A DNA stretch of 64,000 nt from a virus (lineage: Duplodnaviria; Caudoviricetes), in IMG/VR virus record IMGVR_UViG_2895055527_000002, positions 17,917 to 81,916 of that record. One strand, given 5' to 3'. Position 1 is the first letter of the stretch. Every line of letters begins with the position of its first letter. The translations under genes were made by a program, and so were the position numbers. This document shows positions 28,692 through 38,300 of the stretch, in pieces. Below the pieces are notes generated by a model. It saw only the letters and a list, made by a program, of their open reading frames with translations. It did not search any database and was not told the DNA's origin.

Positions 28692-28755
28692 TCGCGAGCA
28701 GCATGCAGGAGATCGGGGGCTCCTTCGGGAGCCCTTCTCATTTTGCGAGGAAGAC

Positions 28756-29013
28756 ATGGCAAAGCTGATCAAGGCGTTTCTGGGGGTGCTGGACGGCGAC
28801 ATTTATCCGACCACGTTCGAAGCTGGCGACGAATGCCCGCCGGAACTGGAAGCTGGCGCGCGGGAGCTTGGAGCGCTCGGCGACGAGTCGCTGGCGCCCG
28901 AGGAAATGACTGCCGCACAAATCAAGGCAGCGCTGGATGCCAAGGGTGTCGAGTACAAGGCAAGCGCGAGCAAGGCGGAATTGCTCGAACTGCTGAACGG
29001 GGCCGGAGAGTAA
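28756..29013 (+). CDS. Small head-region protein (HeH/LEM-like C-terminus)
   Basis: MTAAQIKAALDAKGVEY..KAELLELL. Confidence 0.7.
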   Translation: MAKLIKAFLGVLDGDIYPTTFEAGDECPPELEAGARELGALGDESLAPEEMTAAQIKAALDAKGVEYKASASKAELLELLNGAGE

Positions 29014-29016
29014 AAG

Positions 29017-29358
29017 GTGCCGTTGGTTTCCATCGAACTTGCGACGAAGTTCGTTAAACAGGACCTCGGTGCTGATGACGACGTCGTGCAAATGGCGCTC
29101 GACGGCGCTACACAGTCCGCTATCGACTATCTGAATCGTCAAGTCTTCGAGACCGACGCCGCGTTGCAGGCCGCCGTTACGGCCGGTACGGCCGGTGAGA
29201 ACCCGATGGTGGTGAATGCAGCGATTAAGGCGGCCATCCTGAAGACGACCGCTGAGTTGTACATGAACCGTGAGGATTCGAGCATTGGGACCGTCGCTGA
29301 ACTGCCGTTCAACGCGAAATCGCTCTTGCGGCCTCACCGAATCATTCCGGGGGTGTGA
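29017..29358 (+). CDS. Head-tail connector (gp6-like)
   Basis: IKAAIL..LYMNRE..LLRPHR. Confidence 0.88.
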   Translation: MPLVSIELATKFVKQDLGADDDVVQMALDGATQSAIDYLNRQVFETDAALQAAVTAGTAGENPMVVNAAIKAAILKTTAELYMNREDSSIGTVAELPFNAKSLLRPHRIIPGV

Positions 29359-29717
29359 TGCGCTCCGGAACTCTCACTCGGCAAGTGCGGATCGAACGTC
29401 GGGGCGCCGGGAAGGATGATTTCGGCCAACCGTCCGACGGCTGGGTGCCGATCGGGCCGGTGCTTTGGTGCAACGTCCGTGTGTCGTCAGGCTCAGAAGC
29501 CATCAAATCTGATATGCCGGTCGGCGCGGCGGCCGTGAGCATTCGCGTGCGTTACCGCACCGACATCGACAACGGAATGCGTGCGGTCCTGATCAAGTAC
29601 GTCGCCGGTCAGCCGGTGGACGACGAGATTTTCAACATCGAGAAGCCGTTGCCCGACTACGCCGGCCGGGAGTACACGGACCTCGTTTGCGTCTCCGGTC
29701 AAGGCGATGGCGGTTGA
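29355..29717 (+). CDS. Head closure / head-tail adaptor
   Basis: DDFGQP..IRVRYR..MR. Confidence 0.88.
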   Translation: MMRSGTLTRQVRIERRGAGKDDFGQPSDGWVPIGPVLWCNVRVSSGSEAIKSDMPVGAAAVSIRVRYRTDIDNGMRAVLIKYVAGQPVDDEIFNIEKPLPDYAGREYTDLVCVSGQGDGG

Positions 29718-30207
29718 TTGGAAGACGAGCGGTTTCAGCGAGTCTGCCGCGGCGCTCTTGAAGCTCGCCGACGATCTGGCCGAGTCCGCGCTACGGTCTG
29801 CGGCTGTCGCTGGCGGGACGATTCTACGTGACGAAGCCGCACTTCGCGCCCCGCAAGGCGAAACCGGAAACCTCGGTCGCGCGCTCTACCTTAAGTTCAT
29901 CGAAGAGCGCTCGACAGAGACGAGCAAGATGTATTACGTCAGCATCCGGGGCGGGAAGAAGGGTGACGGCCGAAACGACGTCGCCTTCTACGGCCCGATG
30001 GTTGAGTTCGGACACTGGTATGTGCCACCGAAACCGAAGGGCGTGAGGTGGAAGTCTCACCGAGCCAACTCGGTAGGTAAGCATTGGGTCGCCGCACGGC
30101 CGTTCATCCGACCGGCTTGGGAAGCGCGCAAGACCGATGCCGTTGATGCTATGCGCAACAGGCTCAAAGAGAAGTTGATGGAAATTCACGAGGCGCGCGG
30201 CAAATGA
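29707..30207 (+). CDS. HK97 gp10-like protein
   Basis: AP..TGNL..VEFG..ARPFIRPA. Confidence 0.88.
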   Translation: MAVDWKTSGFSESAAALLKLADDLAESALRSAAVAGGTILRDEAALRAPQGETGNLGRALYLKFIEERSTETSKMYYVSIRGGKKGDGRNDVAFYGPMVEFGHWYVPPKPKGVRWKSHRANSVGKHWVAARPFIRPAWEARKTDAVDAMRNRLKEKLMEIHEARGK

Positions 30208-30551
30208 TCGAGCCACTCATCACGGGCGCGCTGGCCGGGGTTGCTGGTGGTCGGATATTCAACGCCACAGCGCCAGCCAACACGGCACGCCCATTTGCAG
30301 TTTTTCAAAAAGTTGGCGGGCAGGACGCGAGCTCACTAGAAGGTCTTGCCGAGCGCATGAACGCGCGCGTGCAGTTCGTTGTGTGGGCGGAGACCGCGAA
30401 GGAAGCGGCGACGGTCATGCGGCAGGTGATGACGACCGTCTGCGACGACGAACTGAAGGGTGTGTCCATTGGCGCACCCGTGGGGTTGCATGAGTCCGAT
30501 ACCAACTGGTACGGCGAGCGCCTCGATATTTCTTTTTGGTTCACCCCTTGA
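30204..30551 (+). CDS. Tail completion / terminator protein
   Basis: Position and size. Confidence 0.8.
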   Translation: MIEPLITGALAGVAGGRIFNATAPANTARPFAVFQKVGGQDASSLEGLAERMNARVQFVVWAETAKEAATVMRQVMTTVCDDELKGVSIGAPVGLHESDTNWYGERLDISFWFTP

Positions 30552-30569
30552 TACATCAGGAGAACAGCT

Positions 30570-30992
30570 ATGCCATCCCCGGCAATCTCGGCTCAGGGCA
30601 GCAAGCTCGAAATCGCGCCTCTGGGCGCCACGCCGACGTACACGCGCATCAAAGGCTTCAAGTCGTTCACTGGCTTTGACGGCCAGTCGTCGGAAATCGA
30701 CACGACCGACTTGGACAGCACGTCGAAGGAATACCTGCTCGGCCTGCGTGACAACGGCAATTTCAACTTCGATCTGAACATCAACCGCACGGATCCCGGC
30801 CAAATTGTGCTCGAAGCTGCGCGGGCCAGCAGTGCAATGCATCTGTTCAAGCTCACGCTGCCGGACGGTCAAGTTGCGACGTGGAATGGCCTGGTAAAGA
30901 GCACGCCGCTTCAAGGCGGTGTCGACGCGGTGCTCACCGGTACGGTCAACACGCGTATCAGCGGTGACGTGACGTGGACGGAGGCTCCGTGA
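30570..30992 (+). CDS. Tail tube protein
   Basis: EIDTTDLDS..KEYLLGLRDNG. Confidence 0.9.
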   Translation: MPSPAISAQGSKLEIAPLGATPTYTRIKGFKSFTGFDGQSSEIDTTDLDSTSKEYLLGLRDNGNFNFDLNINRTDPGQIVLEAARASSAMHLFKLTLPDGQVATWNGLVKSTPLQGGVDAVLTGTVNTRISGDVTWTEAP

Positions 30993-31689
30993 ACGTACTT
31001 TCAAAAGAGCAGATTCTGACGGCGGACGACCGCAAGACCAAGGACGTATCGGTGCCCCAGTGGGGCGGTGCCGTTCGACTTGCGGTTATGTCTGGCGCTG
31101 AGCGCGACGCATTTCACTCTTCGCGTGAGCGCGGCACGGGCAGTCTCGGGGAGTTCGAAGCGAACCTCCTCGCGGCGACGATCGTTGGTCTCGACGGCAA
31201 GCAGGTTTTCACGGTGGAAGACGTCGAAGCGCTGCGCGACAAGAAAAAAGACATTCTCGACATGCTCGCCAATGAGGCCGCGCTATTGAATGGCATCGGT
31301 CGGGCCGCTCAGGAGAGCGCGGAAAAAAACTCCGTAGCCGCCCCGAGCGGCGATTCTGGTTCCGCCTCGCCCTCCACCTCGGAATGAGCGTTCGGCAGGC
31401 TCAGCGGGAGATTGATTCCGCTGAGTTTGCCGAGTGGTTGGCGTACGCCAGCATCGAGAATTTCGGCAGCCCTGTTGAGGATCTGCGGACCGGTGCGGTG
31501 GTGTCAATGCTGGCGAACATAAATCGGGATCGAAAACAGCGGCCCGAGCCTTACGGCCTTCTCGACTTCTTGCCGTGGACTGAGTCACCAGACACGTCAC
31601 CAGACGAGCCGGTTCAGCTTGCCGATCCAAAGGCGCAATCGGACCTCATCCGCGCCGCGATTTTCGGTATCTCGCCCAAATCCCATTAA
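30989..31689 (+). CDS. Tail assembly chaperones G (30989-31387) and GT via -1 frameshift
   Basis: Slippery A-AAA-AAC at 31324-31330. The -1 frame continues KLRSRPERRFWFRLALHLGMSV into the 31384-31689 ORF. Confidence 0.88.
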
Positions 31690-31725
31690 CGCCCGCTGTA
31701 CGCGGGCTTTTTCAATGACATCGCA

Positions 31726-34605
31726 ATGAGTGACCTGATCGGAAAGGCCGTAATCGCCGTCGAGGCGAATACCACGGGCCTTAAGGCTGGCATGGCCGAA
31801 GGCGCTCAGTCGGTAAAGCAGCTTGAGGCCACGGCCACGGCGTCCGGCGCAAAGACGAGCGCGGCGTTTAAGGGCATGTCGGACGCGGCAACGTCAGGGG
31901 CTAGGGCTAGCGAATCGTCGATTCGCAGCTTCATGGCGTCGCTCGAACGCCAGTCCGTGACCGTCTCGCAAGGCAAGGCTGCATGGATGGAGATGCGCGC
32001 GGCCCAGCTCGGTGTCGCGGATTCGGCGGCGCCAATGATCGCGGCCATGAAGAAGGCCGAGAACGGGGCGCATGAAATGAATTTCGCGTCGGCCGCGGCG
32101 CGAAAAGAAATGATGGTGCTGGCACACGAAGCCTCTACTGGTGCCTGGAAGAACTTCGGTGGATCGCTTCTCGTACTCGGTGAGCGCACGGATGCGTTGG
32201 GAGCCATTATGTCCGCGACCGGCGTCACGGTCGGGCTCGTCGGCGCTTTCATCGGCGCATTTGCGCTTGCGGCGTATCAGGGAAAGAACGAGGCGGAGGC
32301 ATTTGCAAAGTCTCTGCAACTGACCGGAAATGCCGCAGGTGTGACTCGCGACGCCTTCAACGCGATGACGCTAGGTATCGCGCAGGGCACCAAGTCCGGG
32401 ATCGGCGCGGCGCATGACGCTCTCCAAGAGCTGATCTACACCGGCAAGTTCACCGGACAGAGCTTGCAGACGCTGGGGGAGGACGTCGTCAAGCTGTCCG
32501 ACCTGACCGGCGCGAAGCTCGAAGATATTGTGGCCGATTACGCCAAGATGCCCGATGGCGTTGCGAAGTGGGCTGCCGAGCACAATCGCAGTATGCACTT
32601 CATGGATACGGCGACGTATGAGTACGTCCGATCCCTTGAAGAGGCGGGCAAGGTGTCCGACGCGGTTCGCGTCGTCTCCGAAGCACTCCATCGGCAACTT
32701 GTAACGGATGCCACCGACAAGCTCGGCACCGCAGCAAAAGCGTGGCGGGATTTTCGTCTCGAGATTTCAAAGACCTGGGCGCAGCTGAAGCAGGGTTTCA
32801 GCACCGGCCCCACGAACACCGACAAGATCGATACCCTTCTCAACGAGCGGCGCGATCTTGAGTCGATGGCAAAGCGTTCGGGTGGCGGTGGCGAGATGGC
32901 GCGAGAGCGCATCGCCAGCATCGACAAGCAAATCGCTTCGCTCCAATCGCTCAACATCGAAGAACAGCGCCTTGCCGAAGGCAATGCACGCCGCGCGCGC
33001 GAGGCTCAGGCAGGCATTGCCGCGACTGACGCCTTGCACAAGCAGCGGCTGCAATACGACAAGGGCTACGCGCGCCAGAACGCTCTCGATCAGTTTGACC
33101 GTCATATTTCTGACCTTCGGACGGCGAACCCGAACAGCCCCGAGCTTGATCCTAAAGCGCTTGCTGCGACCCGGAAGGGGATCATCGAGCAATACACGGA
33201 CAAGAAAGGCGAATCGGACGCGCAGAACGCGCTAAACGCACGCCTCGAAGCCTTGCAGCAGCAGTACAAGGCCGAAGAGGATTCGCTGAAGTCGAATCTC
33301 ACGCACATCAAGAGTCTTCGAGAGCAGGGACTGGTGTCGTTGCAGGACCAATTGCAACTGGAACACGACGCTCGGCAGCAGTCGCTGACGAAGCAGTTGG
33401 GCATTGTTCAGCAGCAGGAAGAGCTGGCGAAGGGCAAGAAGCAACTCGCGGCATACCAAAAGTACGCGGGCGAAGAGACTCAGATTCGGCAAAAGCTCGC
33501 CGAGAACGACCGTAAGTTTGCGGACGATTCCGCTGCCCTTCAGCAGAAGCAAGCCCGGGACCTTCAGGCTTACGTGACGTCGCTCGACAAGTCCCTGCAA
33601 ACGCGGCGCGACGCGATCACGCAAAGCGTCGATTCGATCGGCATGGGCGATACGGCTCGCGACCAGTTCTCGCGACTTACCGCTGCGGCTAAGGAATACG
33701 ACCAGAAGCTATCGGACCTGACGCGCTCGCGTATCGAGAATCGCATCGACCCGAGTCAGTACGACGCGGAGTTGAAGGCTTTACAAGACTTCTACGATAA
33801 ACGAGTGGCGATGGAGTATGACGCCACCGACCGTATTCGCGCCGCACAAGGGAACTGGCTCAACGGTGCCCGGCGCGCTTGGGAGAACTTCAACGACAAG
33901 GCGCTCAACGTCGCGGACCAGGTCGGCACTAGCTTTTCGAATGTCTACGAAGGGTTGACGGACGCCGCTGCCAAGTGGGCCACTGGCACCAAGATGCGCA
34001 TCGCGGATATCGGTTCGGCGTTCGCGCAAGAGCTGATAAAAATGTCGATTCGCGCGGCGGCATCACCAGTATTTGGCGCGTTGACTGGCTACTTGGGCAG
34101 CATGTTTGGCGGTGGGTATTCGTCGAGCAGTGTCAACGCAGGGCTGGCTGGATCGTATAGCGGTTCGTTCTCGTCGGGCTTAGGTGGTACCGGCATGTTC
34201 ACGATGCCCAGTGCGAAGGGCAACGTGTTTGCAAGCGGCTCCGTCGTGCACGCCTTTGCCAAGGGCGGCACATTCACCAATCAGGTAGTCAATCAACCCA
34301 CCCTCGCACCCATGGCCCTCTTCGGCGAAGCCGGGGAGGAAGCAATCATGCCGCTCAAGCGCGGGGCTGATGGCTCATTGGGGGTTCGTGCGTCGATCGA
34401 CGTGGGAAGCGGCACACAGGTGCAGAACTACACGAACGTGGATCTGAACGTGCAGGCAACCGGTGGTGGTCCAGGGGGCTTTGACAGTACGGACGCGCGA
34501 GATCTGAAGCGAGCAGTCCAGGGTTGGATCGATGAGCGCATGGACAAGAAGATGCGGGGGCAGGGTGGTTATGCGTCGCAGATGAAATACGGGCGGCTGG
34601 CATGA
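31726..34605 (+). CDS. Tail tape measure protein
   Basis: 959 aa, Ala-rich helical; C-terminal FAKGG..GEAGEEAIMPL. Confidence 0.93.
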   Translation: MSDLIGKAVIAVEANTTGLKAGMAEGAQSVKQLEATATASGAKTSAAFKGMSDAATSGARASESSIRSFMASLERQSVTVSQGKAAWMEMRAAQLGVADSAAPMIAAMKKAENGAHEMNFASAAARKEMMVLAHEASTGAWKNFGGSLLVLGERTDALGAIMSATGVTVGLVGAFIGAFALAAYQGKNEAEAFAKSLQLTGNAAGVTRDAFNAMTLGIAQGTKSGIGAAHDALQELIYTGKFTGQSLQTLGEDVVKLSDLTGAKLEDIVADYAKMPDGVAKWAAEHNRSMHFMDTATYEYVRSLEEAGKVSDAVRVVSEALHRQLVTDATDKLGTAAKAWRDFRLEISKTWAQLKQGFSTGPTNTDKIDTLLNERRDLESMAKRSGGGGEMARERIASIDKQIASLQSLNIEEQRLAEGNARRAREAQAGIAATDALHKQRLQYDKGYARQNALDQFDRHISDLRTANPNSPELDPKALAATRKGIIEQYTDKKGESDAQNALNARLEALQQQYKAEEDSLKSNLTHIKSLREQGLVSLQDQLQLEHDARQQSLTKQLGIVQQQEELAKGKKQLAAYQKYAGEETQIRQKLAENDRKFADDSAALQQKQARDLQAYVTSLDKSLQTRRDAITQSVDSIGMGDTARDQFSRLTAAAKEYDQKLSDLTRSRIENRIDPSQYDAELKALQDFYDKRVAMEYDATDRIRAAQGNWLNGARRAWENFNDKALNVADQVGTSFSNVYEGLTDAAAKWATGTKMRIADIGSAFAQELIKMSIRAAASPVFGALTGYLGSMFGGGYSSSSVNAGLAGSYSGSFSSGLGGTGMFTMPSAKGNVFASGSVVHAFAKGGTFTNQVVNQPTLAPMALFGEAGEEAIMPLKRGADGSLGVRASIDVGSGTQVQNYTNVDLNVQATGGGPGGFDSTDARDLKRAVQGWIDERMDKKMRGQGGYASQMKYGRLA

Positions 34606-34937
34606 CCGATACGTTCATCTGGTCCCCTCGCACGAATTCGTCCGGCGATACCACCTTTTCAGTGCTCAAAGCTAAGTTTGGTGACGGCTATGAGCAGCGG
34701 GCCAATAACGGGCTGAACAATAGAGCGTCAAGCTACCAACTAACTTTCGTCGGGACGGAGTCGAAGATTTCGGCGATTCTGGCTTTCCTCGACGCCCACG
34801 CAGGCAGCAAGTCGTTTTTCTGGAAGCCCCCCTTACGGGAGCAGGCGCTTTTCGTCTGCGAGAAGTACTCCGGGCCAGTGAAGGACGGGGACATTTATAC
34901 GATCTCGGCGACGTTCGACCAGACGTTCGCGCCGTGA
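34602..34937 (+). CDS. Minor tail protein M (Dit)
   Basis: KFGDGYEQR..FLDAH..FFWKPP. Confidence 0.92.
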   Translation: MTDTFIWSPRTNSSGDTTFSVLKAKFGDGYEQRANNGLNNRASSYQLTFVGTESKISAILAFLDAHAGSKSFFWKPPLREQALFVCEKYSGPVKDGDIYTISATFDQTFAP

Positions 34938-34980
34938 TCTAGGCCGTCCCGTTTCTTCATATCGACGAAAAAAACCGAAA

Positions 34981-35799
34981 ATGAACCTCCAGCAAATCAA
35001 TCTCGGCTCCACTCCTACGGGGGGAGACGGCGATACCGTTCGTTCTGCGTTCGCAAAGACTAATCAGAACTCGACGGACATATCCGAGAAGTTCACTGCC
35101 GTCGATACCGCCGTCGCGGGCAAGATGCCCGCGAATCCTGGTGGCGGCGTCGATAAAGTCGTGATGGGTAGCGGAGCTCTCGACAACGCGATCAACCCTC
35201 GCTGGCAGATCAAATCATCCAGTGGCCCGATGCTGGAGTTTCATATTCCCGGGTCGACAGCCCTGGGTAACTTTATGGATCCTGCTGGCAATCTGTATTG
35301 GGCCAGAACCGACGGCGGAGGGAGCGCCAGTGGTGCGGCACGAATGTACCTTACGCCCACAGGATCGCTTTCGATCCTGGGTACATTGAGTCAAGGCTCG
35401 GACTATCGGCTGAAGACGGACGTGATCGAGTTGGATCCTGACGACGTCCTTGAGCGGGTCATGCGCTTCAGAGGCGTCGAATACACGTCCATTTTTGACC
35501 CGGACGGTGGGCGCTTGCCTGGTGGGTTAGCTCATGAAGTGAGTGAGGCATTTCCGCTGCTCGTGCAGGGAACCAAGGACGCAGTAGAGGCCGCTCCAGA
35601 CATCGATGGCAAGCCCGTGGCTCGGTATCAGCGAATGAACTACGTCGGACTAGTCGTTTACACGACTGTCGGCTTGCAGGCCACGGTTCGGCGTCTTGAG
35701 GCGGCGGAAAAAACGATTGGAAGCCTGGTCGGGCGAATTGAGGCACTTGAGCGGATGATGCCGAGTGAAGGCCAAGCGGGTCATGAGACCGGCGAATGA
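34981..35799 (+). CDS. Tail fibre protein with intramolecular chaperone (peptidase S74-like)
   Basis: INLG..GDGDTVRSAF N-terminus; SDYRLKTD cleavage motif; coiled-coil end. Confidence 0.85.
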   Translation: MNLQQINLGSTPTGGDGDTVRSAFAKTNQNSTDISEKFTAVDTAVAGKMPANPGGGVDKVVMGSGALDNAINPRWQIKSSSGPMLEFHIPGSTALGNFMDPAGNLYWARTDGGGSASGAARMYLTPTGSLSILGTLSQGSDYRLKTDVIELDPDDVLERVMRFRGVEYTSIFDPDGGRLPGGLAHEVSEAFPLLVQGTKDAVEAAPDIDGKPVARYQRMNYVGLVVYTTVGLQATVRRLEAAEKTIGSLVGRIEALERMMPSEGQAGHETGE

Positions 35800-36500
35800 G
35801 CATTTATTCCGATATTCAGACGCTTGAGCCTGGTGCGCTGATCGAGATGTTTGAATTGGACGCGACAGCCCAGTCAGGCGACGTTCTGCGATTCCACGGA
35901 TACATGCAGGCTGGTTCAATCTGGTGGCAGGGAAACGAGTACTTACCTTGGCCGATTGAGGTCGAGGGTTTCGCTCGCAGCGGCGATAGCCAACAGCCGA
36001 CACCGACTTTGTCAGTAGGCAACGTGGACGGCTCAATCACCGCTTTGTGCCTGTATCTGGACGACATGGTCGGTGCGAAGGTTTCGCGCCTGCGGACATT
36101 GGGCCAGTACCTCGACGCCCGCAATTTCCCTGAGGGCAATCCGACGGCGGACCCCGACGAGCAGTTCCCGCCCGAGCTTTGGTACATCAACCAGAAGACG
36201 GAAGAGACAAACGAGGCAGTGACCTTCGAACTGGCAAGCGCGCTCGATTTCAACGGCGAGCAGTTGCCGCGCCGCCAGATCATCGCCAATGTTTGTATCT
36301 GGCTGACGATCGGTGGCTATCGCGGGCCCCACTGCGGCTACACCGGCACGGCCTATTTCGACAAGGACGACAACCCCGTGGCCGATCCAACGCGCGATCG
36401 GTGCGGCGGCCGCGTTTCGTCGTGCAAATGTCGCTTCGGCGAGAACAACGAGTTGCCCTACGGCGGCTTCCCGGCGGCCGACCTGGTCCGTACGAGCTGA
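35796..36500 (+). CDS. Minor tail protein L
   Basis: LPRRQI..C.W..YRGPHCGY..DRC..CKCRF. Confidence 0.93.
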   Translation: MSIYSDIQTLEPGALIEMFELDATAQSGDVLRFHGYMQAGSIWWQGNEYLPWPIEVEGFARSGDSQQPTPTLSVGNVDGSITALCLYLDDMVGAKVSRLRTLGQYLDARNFPEGNPTADPDEQFPPELWYINQKTEETNEAVTFELASALDFNGEQLPRRQIIANVCIWLTIGGYRGPHCGYTGTAYFDKDDNPVADPTRDRCGGRVSSCKCRFGENNELPYGGFPAADLVRTS

Positions 36501-37213
36501 TGAAAGAACTAACGCTTAAGGCTATCCGCGAACACGCGGAAGCGGAGTATCCCCGTGAAGCCTGCGGCCTCATCGTAGTTCGAAGGGGGCGCGAGCGGTA
36601 CATGCGTTGCCGGAATCTCGCGCAGGGAACTGAACATTTCGTCATGTCACCGGAGGATTACGCGGCGGCCGAAGACGTGGGGGACGTGGTTGCCGTAGTG
36701 CACTCACATCCCGACGCACCGGCAACGCCGAGCGAAGCCGATCTGGTGAGTTGCGAGGCGACTGGCCTGCCGTGGCACATTCTTTCGTGGCCGGCGGATG
36801 ACTTCCGCACGATGGAGCCAAGCGGGTTTCAAGCCCCGCTAGTTGGGCGATCATTCGCACACGGGGTACTCGACTGCTGGTCACTAGTTCGTGATTTTTA
36901 CGCCCGCGAATTGAAAATTGAGTTACCGGATTTCGAGCGGCGCGACGATTGGTGGGCACAGGGCGAAAACCTCTACATGGAGGGGTACCCGAAAGCCGGT
37001 TTCGTCCATCTGAATCAGGACGAGCCTGCGAAAGAGGGCGACGTGATCCTGATGCAGCGTCGCTCAACTGTGCCCAATCACGCGGCCGTCTATCTTGGCG
37101 ACGGCCTGATGCTGCATCATATGCACGGGCGCCTGTCGACCCGTGAAGTGTACGGTGGCTACTGGCGCGAGATCACACGTTGCGTTCTAAGGCACAAGGA
37201 CCTGTTCGGGTAA
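36500..37213 (+). CDS. Tail assembly protein K (JAB + NlpC/P60)
   Basis: EACG..VHSHP..DCWSL..NHAAVY..LHH. Confidence 0.93.
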   Translation: MKELTLKAIREHAEAEYPREACGLIVVRRGRERYMRCRNLAQGTEHFVMSPEDYAAAEDVGDVVAVVHSHPDAPATPSEADLVSCEATGLPWHILSWPADDFRTMEPSGFQAPLVGRSFAHGVLDCWSLVRDFYARELKIELPDFERRDDWWAQGENLYMEGYPKAGFVHLNQDEPAKEGDVILMQRRSTVPNHAAVYLGDGLMLHHMHGRLSTREVYGGYWREITRCVLRHKDLFG

Positions 37214-37244
37214 TATTCGGCTTTTGACCAGTTAGGGAGCCGAA

Positions 37245-37583
37245 ATGCGTGTGGCTATGTCTATCGGCGCGCTGTCTGTTTTGGTATTCGGCGGATGCAC
37301 GAGCATTCAGGACGTCAAGCAGAGAGCGCCGGATTTCACGGCGGCATCCAGTAAGAAGCCGGCGAACGTAGGCGGTTGCGTCGCGTCACAGTGGCGCTCA
37401 AATGATGTCGACTTCCGGTATTCACCACTTGGAGATGGTGTTGAGATCGCGGTCGGGGACCCCGGCTACTATTACGCCGTTTTTGAGGCAACCCCGGACT
37501 CAAATGGATCGAAGGTGTCTTTCTTCAGCCGCTCCTGGTTTGGCAATGAAAAGATGCTAAGAGGCGTGAAGGCGTGTGTGTAA
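37245..37583 (+). CDS. Moron lipoprotein
   Basis: Lipobox FGGC; own RBS and a downstream terminator at about 37603-37627. Confidence 0.8.
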   Translation: MRVAMSIGALSVLVFGGCTSIQDVKQRAPDFTAASSKKPANVGGCVASQWRSNDVDFRYSPLGDGVEIAVGDPGYYYAVFEATPDSNGSKVSFFSRSWFGNEKMLRGVKACV

Positions 37584-37627
37584 GGGCCATTTTTTGATGA
37601 CTAACCCCGCTTAGGCGGGGTTTTTTT

Positions 37628-38236
37628 ATGTCTGCCGCTATGAATGAACGCTTAAGGACGATCCGCCTTTATGGAAGCTTAGGAGCGCGATTTGGACGAG
37701 TGCATAGGTTTGTCGTATCAAACGCGGCCGAGGCGATCCGAGCGATGTGTGTGCAGTTCAAGGGCTTTGAGAAGGAGCTGATCGACAGCCGTCGGAACGG
37801 TGTGGCGTACGCGCTGTTCATTGGCAAGCGGAATATCAGTCAAAGCGAATTGTCCTTTCCTCCAGGTAAAGACGACATTCGCATTGCGCCGGTGCTGCGA
37901 GGTTCGAAGCGTGGGGGTTTGCTCCAGGTAGTGCTTGGGGCGGCGCTCATTGCCGCGTCTTTCATCCCCGGTTTGAACGCAGTCGCATGGTCTGGTGCAT
38001 CTACTTTTCTTGGGATGACAGGAGCTTCCTTAGCACTTGGGGGCGTCGTCCAACTCTTATCGCCTCAACAATCTGGCTTGTCGGCGAAGGACAGTCCGGA
38101 CAACGGCGCAAGCTACAACTTCAACGGACCAGTGAACACCCAGGCGCAGGGCAATCCTGTTCCTACGGGCCACGGTCGAATGATCATCGGTGGCCCAGTC
38201 ATTTCTGCGGGAATCTACGCCGAAGACCAAATGTAA
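37628..38236 (+). CDS. Tail assembly protein I
   Basis: IRLYGSLGARFG..SYNFNGPVNT..GNPVP. Confidence 0.93.
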   Translation: MSAAMNERLRTIRLYGSLGARFGRVHRFVVSNAAEAIRAMCVQFKGFEKELIDSRRNGVAYALFIGKRNISQSELSFPPGKDDIRIAPVLRGSKRGGLLQVVLGAALIAASFIPGLNAVAWSGASTFLGMTGASLALGGVVQLLSPQQSGLSAKDSPDNGASYNFNGPVNTQAQGNPVPTGHGRMIIGGPVISAGIYAEDQM

Positions 38237-38300
38237 TTGCCGAATCAACAGCAGTACCCAATAACCCCGCCTTGTGCGGGGTTTTGCATTTGTGGAGCCC

